From the NCBI GenBank assembly GCA_028823175.1, contig JAPKBZ010000007.1:8496-72495 (forward strand): a DNA stretch of 64,000 bases. Direction: 5' to 3'. The stretch's first letter is position 1; each line of letters starts with the position of its first letter. Below are positions 42,346 to 51,772 of the stretch, piece by piece. The position numbers and the translations under genes are program-made. The stretch comes from Myxococcota bacterium (GTDB lineage Bacteria; Myxococcota_A; UBA9160; UBA4427). The notes under the pieces are model-generated. The model was not told the origin of the DNA. It did not search any database and saw nothing but the letters and a program-made list of their open reading frames with translations.

Positions 42346-44787
42346 ATGAAGCCGGTGGACTCTTCCGGGGATGGATTGAACGAGATGAGTGAAGTCGATC
42401 TGCGAGAAATGCGGGTTCTCGAAATTGGAGACAGCGTATCGAGCGCCTTTGCGGCCAAACTTTTGGCCGATCACGGGGCGGACGTGGTTAAAGTCGAGAC
42501 GGGCGAAGACGACTGGATGCGCCGCCGCGGCCCCTTCCCGGGCGGAATTTCTGACCCCGAGCGGAGCGGGCTCTTTCTCGCACTGAATACCAACAAGCGA
42601 AGCGTCCAATTCGATCCGGACTCGAAAGTGGGTTCGCATGAACTCTCGAGCCTGCTCGATTGGGCCGATGTTTTGATTCATGATTTGCGCTCTGCTCGGG
42701 CGAAGCAACTCGGGCTCGATGCGGTCACCCTCGAAACGCGACGACCGGATCTGGTCACCCTTGCGATTTCGCCGTTCGGGAGCAGCGGCCCCTATGCGGA
42801 TTTTCACGCCAGCGAACTCACTGTCAGCAGCGGAGGCGGGTGGGCCAGCCTTTGCCCGGCCGCTACGGGGCGAATGGATCTTCCTCCGCTCAAGGTCTAT
42901 GGGCAGCAATGCGGGTTCATGTCGGGGGTGGCGGGGGCTGCCGTTACTCTGGCGACCTATTCGGCGGCCCGCCAGACGGGGGTTGGGGAGTACATCGATT
43001 TTTCGGAGCAGGCCTATACGGCTTCGGTCCTCGAGCAGGCGATCCCTCTCTATTCATACAAAGAACAAGTCGCGACCCGCTACGGCACCCGGCTCTTGAT
43101 CCCGTGGTCGATCTTCGATTGCCGAGACGGTCAACTCTTTCTGGTCTGCATCGAGGAGGACCAGTGGGAAAGATTGACAGAGTTGATGGGGAATCCAGAG
43201 TGGTCCTCTCTGGAAGTTTTTGCAACGAGTCAGGGCCGTTCGGAGAATCATGATCTCGTGCACGGATTCATTCAGGAATGGCTGGCCGAGACCTCGGTTC
43301 TCGAGATTTATCACGAACTTCAGAAGCACCGAATTTGCGCCGCCCCGATCATGGGCCCGGCCGAGATGGCGGAATCGGAGCATCTCCTCGCAAGGGAATT
43401 TTTCGTCGATGTGGAACACAGGGGTGCCGGCCGCCTTCGTCACCTTGCCCCCGCGGCGCTTACAGAGGCGGGCCGTCAGAAGATCTCGCGCGGGGCGCCT
43501 TTATTGGGCGAGCACGACGACGAAATTCTCGGTGGGCAGATGCCTCTTCGCCATTCGAGTCGGGCGGGAGAGAGCGCTTCGCTGCCTCTCGAGGGGGTCC
43601 GGGTTGCGGACTTGTCGTGGGCCTGGGCGGGACCCTTCTGCGCCATGAACCTCGCCTACCTCGGGGCCGAGGTGATTCGTTTCGAATCCGAGGGGCGCCC
43701 TGACCTCTACCGCCGCCTCCCCCTTCACCCGCGTGATGTAGAGAAATCACTCAACACATCGGGAATGTTCGCCCAGTGGAATCAGGGAAAGAAGAGCGTC
43801 GCCCTCAACCTGGCCGAGCCCGGGGCCATCGATCTTCTCAAGGATTTCGTCGACACTTGCGACGTCGTGGTCGAGAATTTCGCTACGGGGGTTATGGATC
43901 GGCTAGGTCTCGGTTATGGCGTATTGGCTGAACGCAATCCGGGACTCATTATGGCGAGCATCAGCGGTTATGGAGAGACCGGGCCCTACGCGAACTACAT
44001 GGGCTATGGCCCCGCCATTCCGCCGCTGACCGGGCTCACCATGGGGACTGGTTTTGTGGGAGGCGGGCCCGCCGAAATGGGGGTTTCCATGCCGGACCCG
44101 ACAGCCGGCATCACCATGGCATTCGAGGTTTGCGCCGCGCTGGAGAAACGACGGGAGAGTGGGCGCGGCGATCACCTGGACATTTCGCTCTGGGAGGCGA
44201 CCGCTGTTTTTTCGATCGAGGCGTGGATGGATTACATAATGAACGGAGCGGAGCCTACGCCCCAGGGAAGTCGCGATTTCGCCATGTCCCCCCATGGATT
44301 TTTCCCGACCCAGGGAGAAGACGAGTGGATTTCCATCGCATGCGGATCGGACGCCAAGTGGCAAGCCGTTGCGGATGAGCTCGGACCCGAGTTGGGAAAG
44401 GATCGACGATTTCGGCTCTTCTCGGATCGGAAAGAGAACGAGGGGAAGCTCGAAGAGGAGCTGTCTACTCGCACACGCGAGCGCGAGCGGTGGGAACTGA
44501 CTCGAGCGCTCCAGGCCCGGGGCGTCGCCGCGTTCCCGGCGTTGACCTCGGCTGACTTGTTGAATGACCCCCATCTCGAAGCGCGCGGTTTCCTGGAGGC
44601 CAAGCCCCATCCCGAGGTGGGGATTCGCAAGCATACGGGCATTCCGTATTCGTTTGAGCGCAGGTCGAACGGGGTTCGCAAGGCAGCGCCGGTGCTCGGG
44701 GCCGATACCGAAGCGGTCCTCTCTGAAGTGCTCGGATACTCGCCAGACGAGATCCAGTCGCTCCGGGATTCGAAGGTCCTCTACTGA
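42346..44787 (+). CDS. Tandem-fused double CoA-transferase family III (CaiB/BaiF x2), 813 aa
   Basis: Two complete family III modules. The first starts MRVLEIGDSVSSAFAAKLLADHGADVVKVE. The second starts GVRVADLSWAWAGPFCAMNLAYLGAEVIRFES. Each ends with a GxxTxxVL..LGY-type C-terminus. Confidence 0.85.
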   Translation: MKPVDSSGDGLNEMSEVDLREMRVLEIGDSVSSAFAAKLLADHGADVVKVETGEDDWMRRRGPFPGGISDPERSGLFLALNTNKRSVQFDPDSKVGSHELSSLLDWADVLIHDLRSARAKQLGLDAVTLETRRPDLVTLAISPFGSSGPYADFHASELTVSSGGGWASLCPAATGRMDLPPLKVYGQQCGFMSGVAGAAVTLATYSAARQTGVGEYIDFSEQAYTASVLEQAIPLYSYKEQVATRYGTRLLIPWSIFDCRDGQLFLVCIEEDQWERLTELMGNPEWSSLEVFATSQGRSENHDLVHGFIQEWLAETSVLEIYHELQKHRICAAPIMGPAEMAESEHLLAREFFVDVEHRGAGRLRHLAPAALTEAGRQKISRGAPLLGEHDDEILGGQMPLRHSSRAGESASLPLEGVRVADLSWAWAGPFCAMNLAYLGAEVIRFESEGRPDLYRRLPLHPRDVEKSLNTSGMFAQWNQGKKSVALNLAEPGAIDLLKDFVDTCDVVVENFATGVMDRLGLGYGVLAERNPGLIMASISGYGETGPYANYMGYGPAIPPLTGLTMGTGFVGGGPAEMGVSMPDPTAGITMAFEVCAALEKRRESGRGDHLDISLWEATAVFSIEAWMDYIMNGAEPTPQGSRDFAMSPHGFFPTQGEDEWISIACGSDAKWQAVADELGPELGKDRRFRLFSDRKENEGKLEEELSTRTRERERWELTRALQARGVAAFPALTSADLLNDPHLEARGFLEAKPHPEVGIRKHTGIPYSFERRSNGVRKAAPVLGADTEAVLSEVLGYSPDEIQSLRDSKVLY

Positions 44788-44893
44788 GGGCTCTGAGGAC
44801 TTAGGACTGAGGCCGCTCGAATAGGGGCCGGTTGGGATTCATTGGCGGCGTTCCTCGCTTGGGTTCGGAACCCGGGTGAGGGACCCCGGGCCG

Positions 44894-45811
44894 TTAGGCG
44901 CCGTCGAAGAGGGCGAAAATTTCCTCAAAGGCTTTCAGCTGATTGCCTTCGGCTGACGACGGCACGACGATGGGAGTGCTCACCCCCGCTTCGTACCAGG
45001 CCATAAGCCCTTCGCGGACCTTGTCCGCGCTGCCATAGAGGGTGCAGTCCGAAAGCCAGGCGTCGCTGAGCAGCGAGGGAATGCGTTCGCGCTCCCCGGC
45101 GGCGAGCGCTTTTTCAATGGCCTCCATTTCTTCCACGTAACCGGCTTCCTTCCAGTAGTTGCGATAGTTCGGGAGCGAAACGTAGAAGCTCAGAGTTCGT
45201 CGGTTGACCGCCGCCGCCGCTTTCTCGTCGTCGGAGATGCAGGTCGGGATCATATTTCCGATGAAAAAGTCGTCGGCCTGGGCCCGATTCGTTGGCAGAG
45301 CCGACAGCGATTTCCGCATATGCGAGCGGGCCGCATTGGCGAAGACGACGCCCTCTCCAATTTCGCCCGCCAGTGCCACCATGCGCTGGCGCAAGCCCGC
45401 GACCACAAGGGGGGGCTGTTCGCCCGTGCGAGGTGTCTCTCGCCAGGCTTCGACGAAGCGCCGCATTTCGGACAGGGGCTTTCCTCCAGCCACTCCCAGC
45501 CGGTCGAGGAGGGGGGCATGGCTGACGCCGATGCCGAAGCGAAAGCGCCCTCCCGAAAGCTCGTGAATCAGCGCGGTGCTCGCGGCATAATCCGTGGGAA
45601 CGCGGGTATAGAGGTTGGCGATCGCGGTCCCGAAGGGAATTCGCTCGGTTTCCAGGGCCAGGGCGAGGCAGAGTCCGAGCCCGTCACCGACGCTGGCGCA
45701 ATAGATGCCCGCGTAATCCCGCCTTTCGATTTCCTTCGCGAGTTCCAGGATGGCCGATCGGCGGCCGGGGATAGCCGCGATCGCAAGGGCGGGTAGGGGC
45801 AGGTCAGACAT
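44894..45811 (-). CDS. LLM-class (luciferase-like) flavin/F420-dependent oxidoreductase
   Basis: TIM-barrel LLM pattern (GRFRFGIGVSH.., the NYRNYW region). Confidence 0.85.
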   Translation of the reverse strand: MSDLPLPALAIAAIPGRRSAILELAKEIERRDYAGIYCASVGDGLGLCLALALETERIPFGTAIANLYTRVPTDYAASTALIHELSGGRFRFGIGVSHAPLLDRLGVAGGKPLSEMRRFVEAWRETPRTGEQPPLVVAGLRQRMVALAGEIGEGVVFANAARSHMRKSLSALPTNRAQADDFFIGNMIPTCISDDEKAAAAVNRRTLSFYVSLPNYRNYWKEAGYVEEMEAIEKALAAGERERIPSLLSDAWLSDCTLYGSADKVREGLMAWYEAGVSTPIVVPSSAEGNQLKAFEEIFALFDGA

Positions 45812-46007
45812 CGGACTCTCCTCGAGAAACCGGGGGGAGAACGAGCCTAGGTCTTCCCGTGAAGCAGCGCTTCAGGCTTGCCCGGGAAACGGGCAGGCCT
45901 GCTCGACCCTTGGGCAAGCGACAGAATTCTTAGCTCTTCCCGCGCTCACCTGAGTGTGGGAGAGCGCACTGCGCGCCTGCAACGCCGCCTTTCCGAGCGC
46001 ATTTCGC

Positions 46008-46022
46008 ATGGCACGGGGTTTG
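46008..46022 (+). promoter_or_regulatory. Sigma54 (-24/-12) promoter upstream of amtB-glnK
   Basis: TGGCAC(46008-46013)-N5-TTGC(46019-22) matches the TGGCAC-N5-TTGC consensus exactly. It lies about 135 nt upstream of the amtB ATG. Confidence 0.6.
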
Positions 46023-46156
46023 CTTTACCGAAGCGATGAAGAGGAAGTTTCGAGTCGTCGGAAGAAACCCTGAAGCGTCGCGAACAATCCCTCAGCCCAT
46101 ACCGAAACGTCATCAACCCAGTTACCCAATACGGCCCAGGGCCGCGGAGACCAAAA

Positions 46157-47548
46157 ATGTTCAAGAAATATCTACTCGCTGCCGGGGCCCTGGCCCTGGC
46201 CCTGCCCGGGCTCGCGTTCGCCGAGGACGGCGTTAGCCCAGGCCTGTTCGCCGCCAATAATGTTTGGATGATGTTGGCAGCCGGCCTGGTCTTCATCATG
46301 CATCTTGGTTTCGCGATGCTCGAAACCGGACTTACTCGGGCCAAGAATACAGTCAATATTCTCTTCAAGAACACCTTCATCGTCTGCGCAGGCATCCTGA
46401 CCTACTACATCTGTGGCTTCAACCTGATGTACCCCGGCGATTTCAATGGCGTCCTCGGTTTTGCTGGATTTGGCCTGGGGGCCGGCTTTGAGGCCGGCGC
46501 CAACACGCCTGCCTACGCGGACGGCGGGTACACGTATTGGACGGACTTTCTCTTCCAGGCGATGTTTGCGGCGACAGCGGCCACGATTGTTTCGGGGGCT
46601 GTGGCCGAGCGGGTCAAGCTGAACGCCTTCATGATTTTCACCCTGGTGTTCGTGGGCGTTGTCTATACCGTCGCCGGTTCCTGGAAATGGGGCGGCGGCT
46701 GGCTCGATGGCATGGGTTTCTATGATTTTGCCGGCTCGACCCTGGTGCATTCGGTCGGCGGTTGGGGTGCCCTGATGGGCATTATCTTCCTCGGCCCCCG
46801 CCTCGGGAAATACGGGGCGAACGGCCGAACGACCCCGATCCCCGGGAGCAGTATGCCCTCGGCCACCATGGGTGTGTTCCTGCTCTGGCTCGGCTGGTTC
46901 GGTTTTAATGGCGGTTCGGTTCTTTCAGCGGATCCCGAGTTGACCTCCTTCGTGCTGGTTACGACCTGCCTCGCGGCTTCAGCGGGTGGATTGGGCGCCA
47001 TGCTTACCTACTCCTTCATTTCGTCGAAACCCGACCTCTCGATGGCGCTCAACGGGATTTTGGCGGGCTTGGTCGGTATCACGGCGGGGGCCGACGTCAT
47101 CAATCCCTCCTCCGCGATCCTCGTGGGAGCGATTGCCGGCGGTCTGGTCGTCCTCTCGGTGATTGCCTTTGACCGAATGAAACTCGACGATCCGGTCGGG
47201 GCCTGCTCGGTCCACCTTACCTGCGGTATCTGGGGCACTCTCGCTGTCGGGATTTTCTCGACGAACCCCGAGCACTCGTTGGGAGTCCAGCTCCTGGGTA
47301 TCGGCGCCTACGGACTCTTTACCGTGATCTGCGCAGGAATCATCTTCGGAGTTCTCAAGGCAACGATCGGTTTGCGTGTGAGCGAAGAGGAAGAGGTCGA
47401 AGGCCTCGATCTCGGCGAACACGGCATGCACGCCTACGACGTTACCTCGAGCTCGGGTCCCTTCGAGAATGCTCACCTGCGCGGTCAGGGTTCGTTGGTT
47501 GCCACGGTGGTGACCGCGTCCCTGGTGAATGAAGGTGGAGATTCTTGA
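46157..47548 (+). CDS. amtB: Ammonium transporter
   Basis: Signal peptide plus 11 TM segments, and the Amt signature DFAGSTLVHSVGGWGAL. Confidence 0.92.
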   Translation: MFKKYLLAAGALALALPGLAFAEDGVSPGLFAANNVWMMLAAGLVFIMHLGFAMLETGLTRAKNTVNILFKNTFIVCAGILTYYICGFNLMYPGDFNGVLGFAGFGLGAGFEAGANTPAYADGGYTYWTDFLFQAMFAATAATIVSGAVAERVKLNAFMIFTLVFVGVVYTVAGSWKWGGGWLDGMGFYDFAGSTLVHSVGGWGALMGIIFLGPRLGKYGANGRTTPIPGSSMPSATMGVFLLWLGWFGFNGGSVLSADPELTSFVLVTTCLAASAGGLGAMLTYSFISSKPDLSMALNGILAGLVGITAGADVINPSSAILVGAIAGGLVVLSVIAFDRMKLDDPVGACSVHLTCGIWGTLAVGIFSTNPEHSLGVQLLGIGAYGLFTVICAGIIFGVLKATIGLRVSEEEEVEGLDLGEHGMHAYDVTSSSGPFENAHLRGQGSLVATVVTASLVNEGGDS

Positions 47549-47690
47549 CGAAATGCTGACGGCCGTGGAGCGGTAATCGCCAGAATGGCGCGCTGCTCCA
47601 CGGCCGGCACCTTCGTTAGCGCTCCACCTCTCAAAGACCGTCGTACAAAGACCGTCGTAAAAAAATGTCCCTGGTTCACAGGAGAATTGA

Positions 47691-48041
<351 letters not shown>

Positions 48042-48139
48042 CTCTGGGTTGGCCGCCCTGGGCAAGACCGCCCGGGTCGGCCAATGCGCCCTCATTCCCA
48101 TGGAAATTGGCTGAGTTCAGGGAAGAGCTCCGGTGGGGC

Positions 48140-49114
48140 TCAGGGAACGAGAATCCTTTTGCCCACGGTCTCTCGCCGGGCCAGCGCTTCGAGCGCGACA
48201 CCGGCTTCCTCGAGGGGGTGGACGCGTTCGACGAGGGGTTCGATCTCTCCCCGGCGAAGCAATTCCATCAGCGCGGAAAAGATGGCCGAGACGGTTTCCG
48301 GCTCCTCCTCGCTATAACGCGGCCAATGCAGGCCGAGGACCGCGATGTTCTTGAGCATGATCCGGTTCGCACGAATTTCGGGGATCTCTCCGCTGGCAAA
48401 CCCGATGACGACGAGTCGTCCCTTCCAGGCGATGCAACGCAGAGAGCGGTGGGTGGTCTCCCCTCCGACGGAGTCGTAGACAATGTCGGCCCCCCTGCCC
48501 CCGGTCTCGGAAAGCACCCGAGGCGAAAAATCCTCCTCTCGATAGTCGATGAGAACATCGGCACCGGCCTGGCGGGCGATTGCGAGTTTCTCTGGCCCGC
48601 CGGCGGTGGCGATTACCTTTGCGCCCAGGGCGCGGCCGATCTGTACCGCGGCCAGCCCCACGCCTCCCGCCGCGGCATGAACGAGCAGGGTCTCCCCCGG
48701 CCGCAGCGCCGCGAGGTCGACCAGTGCTGCGTAGGCGGTGGGGTAGACGATGGGGAGCGCTGCGCCCGTGTGGAAGGGAATCGACTCGGGGAGGGGGTAG
48801 ACGTGGGCCTGGGGCACTCGAACCTCCTCGGCGAATGCCCCCAGGTCGGTGTAGGCAACGACTCGGTCGCCTACGTGCAGCCTTTCCACGCCGGTTCCCA
48901 CCGCTGAGATCACCCCGGCCGCTTCCCGTCCGGGGATGAAGGGGGGCGTGGGCTTGACCTGGTATTCCCCGCGGAGCATAAGCAGGTCCGAAAAGTTACA
49001 GGCCGCGGCCCGGACTTCGATGACCACTTCGCCCGCGCACGGGGAGCAGGGCTCGACCTCCGAAACCCTGAGATCAAGGGGGCTGATGACCCCATCCACG
49101 ACAACGGCGCGCAT
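48140..49114 (-). CDS. NADPH:quinone oxidoreductase / MDR zinc-type alcohol dehydrogenase family
   Basis: GEVVIEVRAAACNFSD and AAAGGVGLAAVQI motifs. ATG 49114 has a GGAGGA RBS. The longer ORF to 49216 is rejected. Confidence 0.85.
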   Translation of the reverse strand: MRAVVVDGVISPLDLRVSEVEPCSPCAGEVVIEVRAAACNFSDLLMLRGEYQVKPTPPFIPGREAAGVISAVGTGVERLHVGDRVVAYTDLGAFAEEVRVPQAHVYPLPESIPFHTGAALPIVYPTAYAALVDLAALRPGETLLVHAAAGGVGLAAVQIGRALGAKVIATAGGPEKLAIARQAGADVLIDYREEDFSPRVLSETGGRGADIVYDSVGGETTHRSLRCIAWKGRLVVIGFASGEIPEIRANRIMLKNIAVLGLHWPRYSEEEPETVSAIFSALMELLRRGEIEPLVERVHPLEEAGVALEALARRETVGKRILVP

Positions 49115-49139
49115 TTTTCCTCCCGCTACAGTCTGCCCC

Positions 49140-50189
49140 ATGACGATGAGCACACAGACTAGCGAGCGACGCTTCATTTCGCGTTTGCCCCGCCCGCCCC
49201 GGCTTGCTCGGGCCACCGTGTTTCCGCTTTTGTGGCTGTGCCTGATGGGCTGCGCCTACCTGGGGAACCCTCAAGCTGTGCTCGAAGAGATGGCCCCCAA
49301 CGAGACTCTCCCGCCGGCTTGGAGAATTTCAGGAGGAGAGGGCGCCGAACTCTACGTCTTGGGGGCCATCCAAATGGGCCCTCGCTCCGGTTGGGAATAC
49401 CCCATCGGGATGGTCGGGGTGTTCGAGGAGTCGAGCGCGCTGGTCGTCGAGGTCAACATTCACGAGAGCAGTCCCGAGAGCGTTCAGGAGTTGATCCGCC
49501 ACTACGGGCGGCTGCCGCGCGGACTGACTCTTGAGCGGAGCCTGTCGCCCGAGGTCTGGCAGTTGCTCAAGGTCACCCTCGCCTCGACTCGAATCCCGCT
49601 TTTCGATGCCAACCGCTTCCGCCCGTGGCTTCTCAGCAACTTGATCATCATGGAGAGCCTGGGGCAAATCGACTATTTCCCCGAACAGGGAAGCGCAGAG
49701 GAATTCATTCGGCGAGCGGGAAATCGCAGCATCGTTCCCTTCGAAACCCCAGCGCAGCAGATTTCCTTTTTGGGGACGCTTCCCAAGAGGGTTCAGGAAC
49801 TCTATCTGCTGGAAACCTTGAAGCATTACGGGGATCCGAAAGAAGGCTATGTCGGCCGCTACGTGAACGCGTGGAGAGCGGGAGATGAGCGGGCGCTCGA
49901 GGATTTGATTTTTGAAGATTTCGGCGAGGGCGATAGATTCGCTCCCTTTTTCGAGACGATGATTTACGACCGGAGTGCGCGCCTTGTAAAAGAGCTCAAA
50001 TCCCTCTTGGATGCGGTCCAACACTCGGGAGAGTCGGTATTCGTCGTTCTCGAGGTTTCCCACATGATTGGTGATCGGGGTGTTGCAGCCGCCCTGAAGG
50101 ATCAGGGGTACAGGGTTGACCGTGTCGAGCGCTCCGATCTGCGCCGGGTTGCGCCGGGGGCCGGAGGGGCCGATGTCGCCGGTCCATGA
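49140..50189 (+). CDS. TraB/GumN family lipoprotein
   Basis: Lipobox LLWLCLMGC. GumN-like AELYVLGAIQMGP and a C-terminal VVLEVSHMIG. The start is ATG 49140 or 49146. Confidence 0.65.
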   Translation: MTMSTQTSERRFISRLPRPPRLARATVFPLLWLCLMGCAYLGNPQAVLEEMAPNETLPPAWRISGGEGAELYVLGAIQMGPRSGWEYPIGMVGVFEESSALVVEVNIHESSPESVQELIRHYGRLPRGLTLERSLSPEVWQLLKVTLASTRIPLFDANRFRPWLLSNLIIMESLGQIDYFPEQGSAEEFIRRAGNRSIVPFETPAQQISFLGTLPKRVQELYLLETLKHYGDPKEGYVGRYVNAWRAGDERALEDLIFEDFGEGDRFAPFFETMIYDRSARLVKELKSLLDAVQHSGESVFVVLEVSHMIGDRGVAAALKDQGYRVDRVERSDLRRVAPGAGGADVAGP

Positions 50190-50754
50190 ATCGGTATTCG
50201 TGGCGCCCGGGGTGCAACTCTACGGCGAGATCTCCGTGGGGCTCGGGTCCTCGATCTGGCCGAATGTGGTCATACGGGCCGAGGCTCAGGCCGTTCGGGT
50301 GGGTCGCTATACGAATCTTCAAGATTTCGTGATGGTCCACGTGGGCTATGACCACGCGACAGAGGTTGGAGATTTTTGTTCGATTGCCCACCACACGACT
50401 CTGCACGGCTGCCGGATCGAGGATCATTGCCTGATCGGAATCAACGCCGTGATCATGGACGGTGCGGTGATCGGTGAGGGTTCGATCGTGGCTGGGGGGG
50501 CGATGGTGCCCGAGGGGAAAATCTTCCCCCCGGAATCGATCATCGCGGGGGTTCCGGCCAAGAAAATTGGCGAGCGCGACGCGCGAGGCGCGAACCGACT
50601 CAACGCATGGCAGTATCACCGCAACGCCCAGGCCTACCAAGCCGGAGATCATCGGAGTTGGCACGGGCCCGAGTACGAGCGATGGCTGGAGGCCAAGCGA
50701 GTGGAGGTCGAGAGCGGGCGCGACCTCCGGGCTCTGGAGGAGCGGCCGCTCTAG
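50173..50754 (+). CDS. Gamma-carbonic-anhydrase-like hexapeptide-repeat protein
   Basis: Left-handed beta-helix repeats and the His pattern (QDFVMVHV…IAHHTTLHGC). ATG 50173 has a GGAGGGG RBS and overlaps the TraB-like gene end. Confidence 0.8.
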   Translation: MSPVHESVFVAPGVQLYGEISVGLGSSIWPNVVIRAEAQAVRVGRYTNLQDFVMVHVGYDHATEVGDFCSIAHHTTLHGCRIEDHCLIGINAVIMDGAVIGEGSIVAGGAMVPEGKIFPPESIIAGVPAKKIGERDARGANRLNAWQYHRNAQAYQAGDHRSWHGPEYERWLEAKRVEVESGRDLRALEERPL

Positions 50755-51407
50755 CCGCTCTTGTCGAGGCCGCCGAAGAGCAGGTCCACGCCCTTTTGGA
50801 TCGCTTGGCGGCAGGTTTCCGCGTCTGTGAGCCCATTGGCCCAAGGGATCCGGGCGCCCTGGGTGATGTTGAAGACGACCCGAGCCGCCTCGAGCACATC
50901 GACGTTCCGCTTGAGTTGGGACTGCATCCGCCCCATCTGCATGATTTCCATGAGCAGGCCGATGGTTCGGTCGTTCAGCGCGAGCACCTGCTGGGCGACC
51001 CGAACTCCGGGCCGCGTCGTCGCGCGCAGGGCGATCAGCGTGAGGTCGCTGTCCTCGGCGAGGAGCTGGTGCTGGGCGTCGAGGAAACGGGTCACGCGCT
51101 TGCGGGTGGGAGCCTTGCGATCGTCGCCCTCGCGAAAGCGTCGCCAGGCCTCCTCCTGGAGTTCGTCCAGGTCCGCGATCAGCAACTCCTCCTTGCTCTG
51201 GAAATGGCGGTAGATGGAACTCGCGCCCATCCCGGCGCGCTCGGCGATGGCCCTCAAGGTGGCCTCGTCGAAGCCGCGCTCCTCGAAGAGCTCCCGGGCC
51301 GCCTTGAGGATGAGGGCCCGGCTTCGCCGTCCTCGCCGCAGGCGTCCGTCCTCGGGACTCAGACGCGGATTGTTCGGGGCGGCTTGGGTCGATTCGGAGT
51401 GAGCCAT
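50751..51407 (-). CDS. TetR family transcriptional regulator
   Basis: HTH motif ATLRAIAERAGMGASSIYRHFQSKEEL. Confidence 0.88.
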   Translation of the reverse strand: MAHSESTQAAPNNPRLSPEDGRLRRGRRSRALILKAARELFEERGFDEATLRAIAERAGMGASSIYRHFQSKEELLIADLDELQEEAWRRFREGDDRKAPTRKRVTRFLDAQHQLLAEDSDLTLIALRATTRPGVRVAQQVLALNDRTIGLLMEIMQMGRMQSQLKRNVDVLEAARVVFNITQGARIPWANGLTDAETCRQAIQKGVDLLFGGLDKSG

Positions 51408-51409
51408 TA

Positions 51410-51427
51410 ACGCGAACAGGATCGCGT
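51410..51427. promoter_or_regulatory. Inverted repeat (acgcga-N6-tcgcgt), possible TetR operator
   Basis: Read directly. It lies immediately upstream of the tetR start codon in an AT-richer stretch. Function is pure inference. Confidence 0.2.
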
Positions 51428-51503
51428 ATTCAAGGAGATTTCGCTACCCAAAAAGAAATAACTAAAACAAGGCCTTACGCCCTCTTTGGGCGAGCCGGGA
51501 AAA

Positions 51504-51540
51504 TGAAAAAAGCCCAAGCCCCCCTAGGGGACTTGGGCTT
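51504..51540 (-). terminator. Rho-independent terminator (minus strand)
   Basis: Minus strand reads aagcccaag-tcccctagggggg-cttgggctttttt. The GC-rich stem is followed by a T6 run. It lies downstream of the E2-like gene and before tetR. Confidence 0.6.
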
Positions 51541-51772
51541 CAAACGCTCGACTTACCCCTCCTCAGAAGCTAGGAGCGTTTCGGGGTGTCCGCCGGGCGG
51601 CTCCGTCGAGCTCGCCTAGCTGAGCATCCCCTTGGCACGTCTTCGACTCTACACGGAATTTTTCCATAGGAGTGTACTTTTCACCCCATCCCGGTTGGAG
51701 TTGCCAAAATGTCACGTCACTTCGGGCCGAGTGTCGCGGGGGACCGGTAACTCGGACGCAGGTCGAGGGCAC

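Noticed and set aside
51563-51772. 69-aa minus-strand ORF (or its 34-aa MEKFRVESK… sub-ORF) between the E2-like gene and the terminator
   Set aside because: It has no convincing RBS, weak codon bias and no recognisable motif. It is treated as 3' UTR or possible sRNA space and is mentioned under the operon finding.
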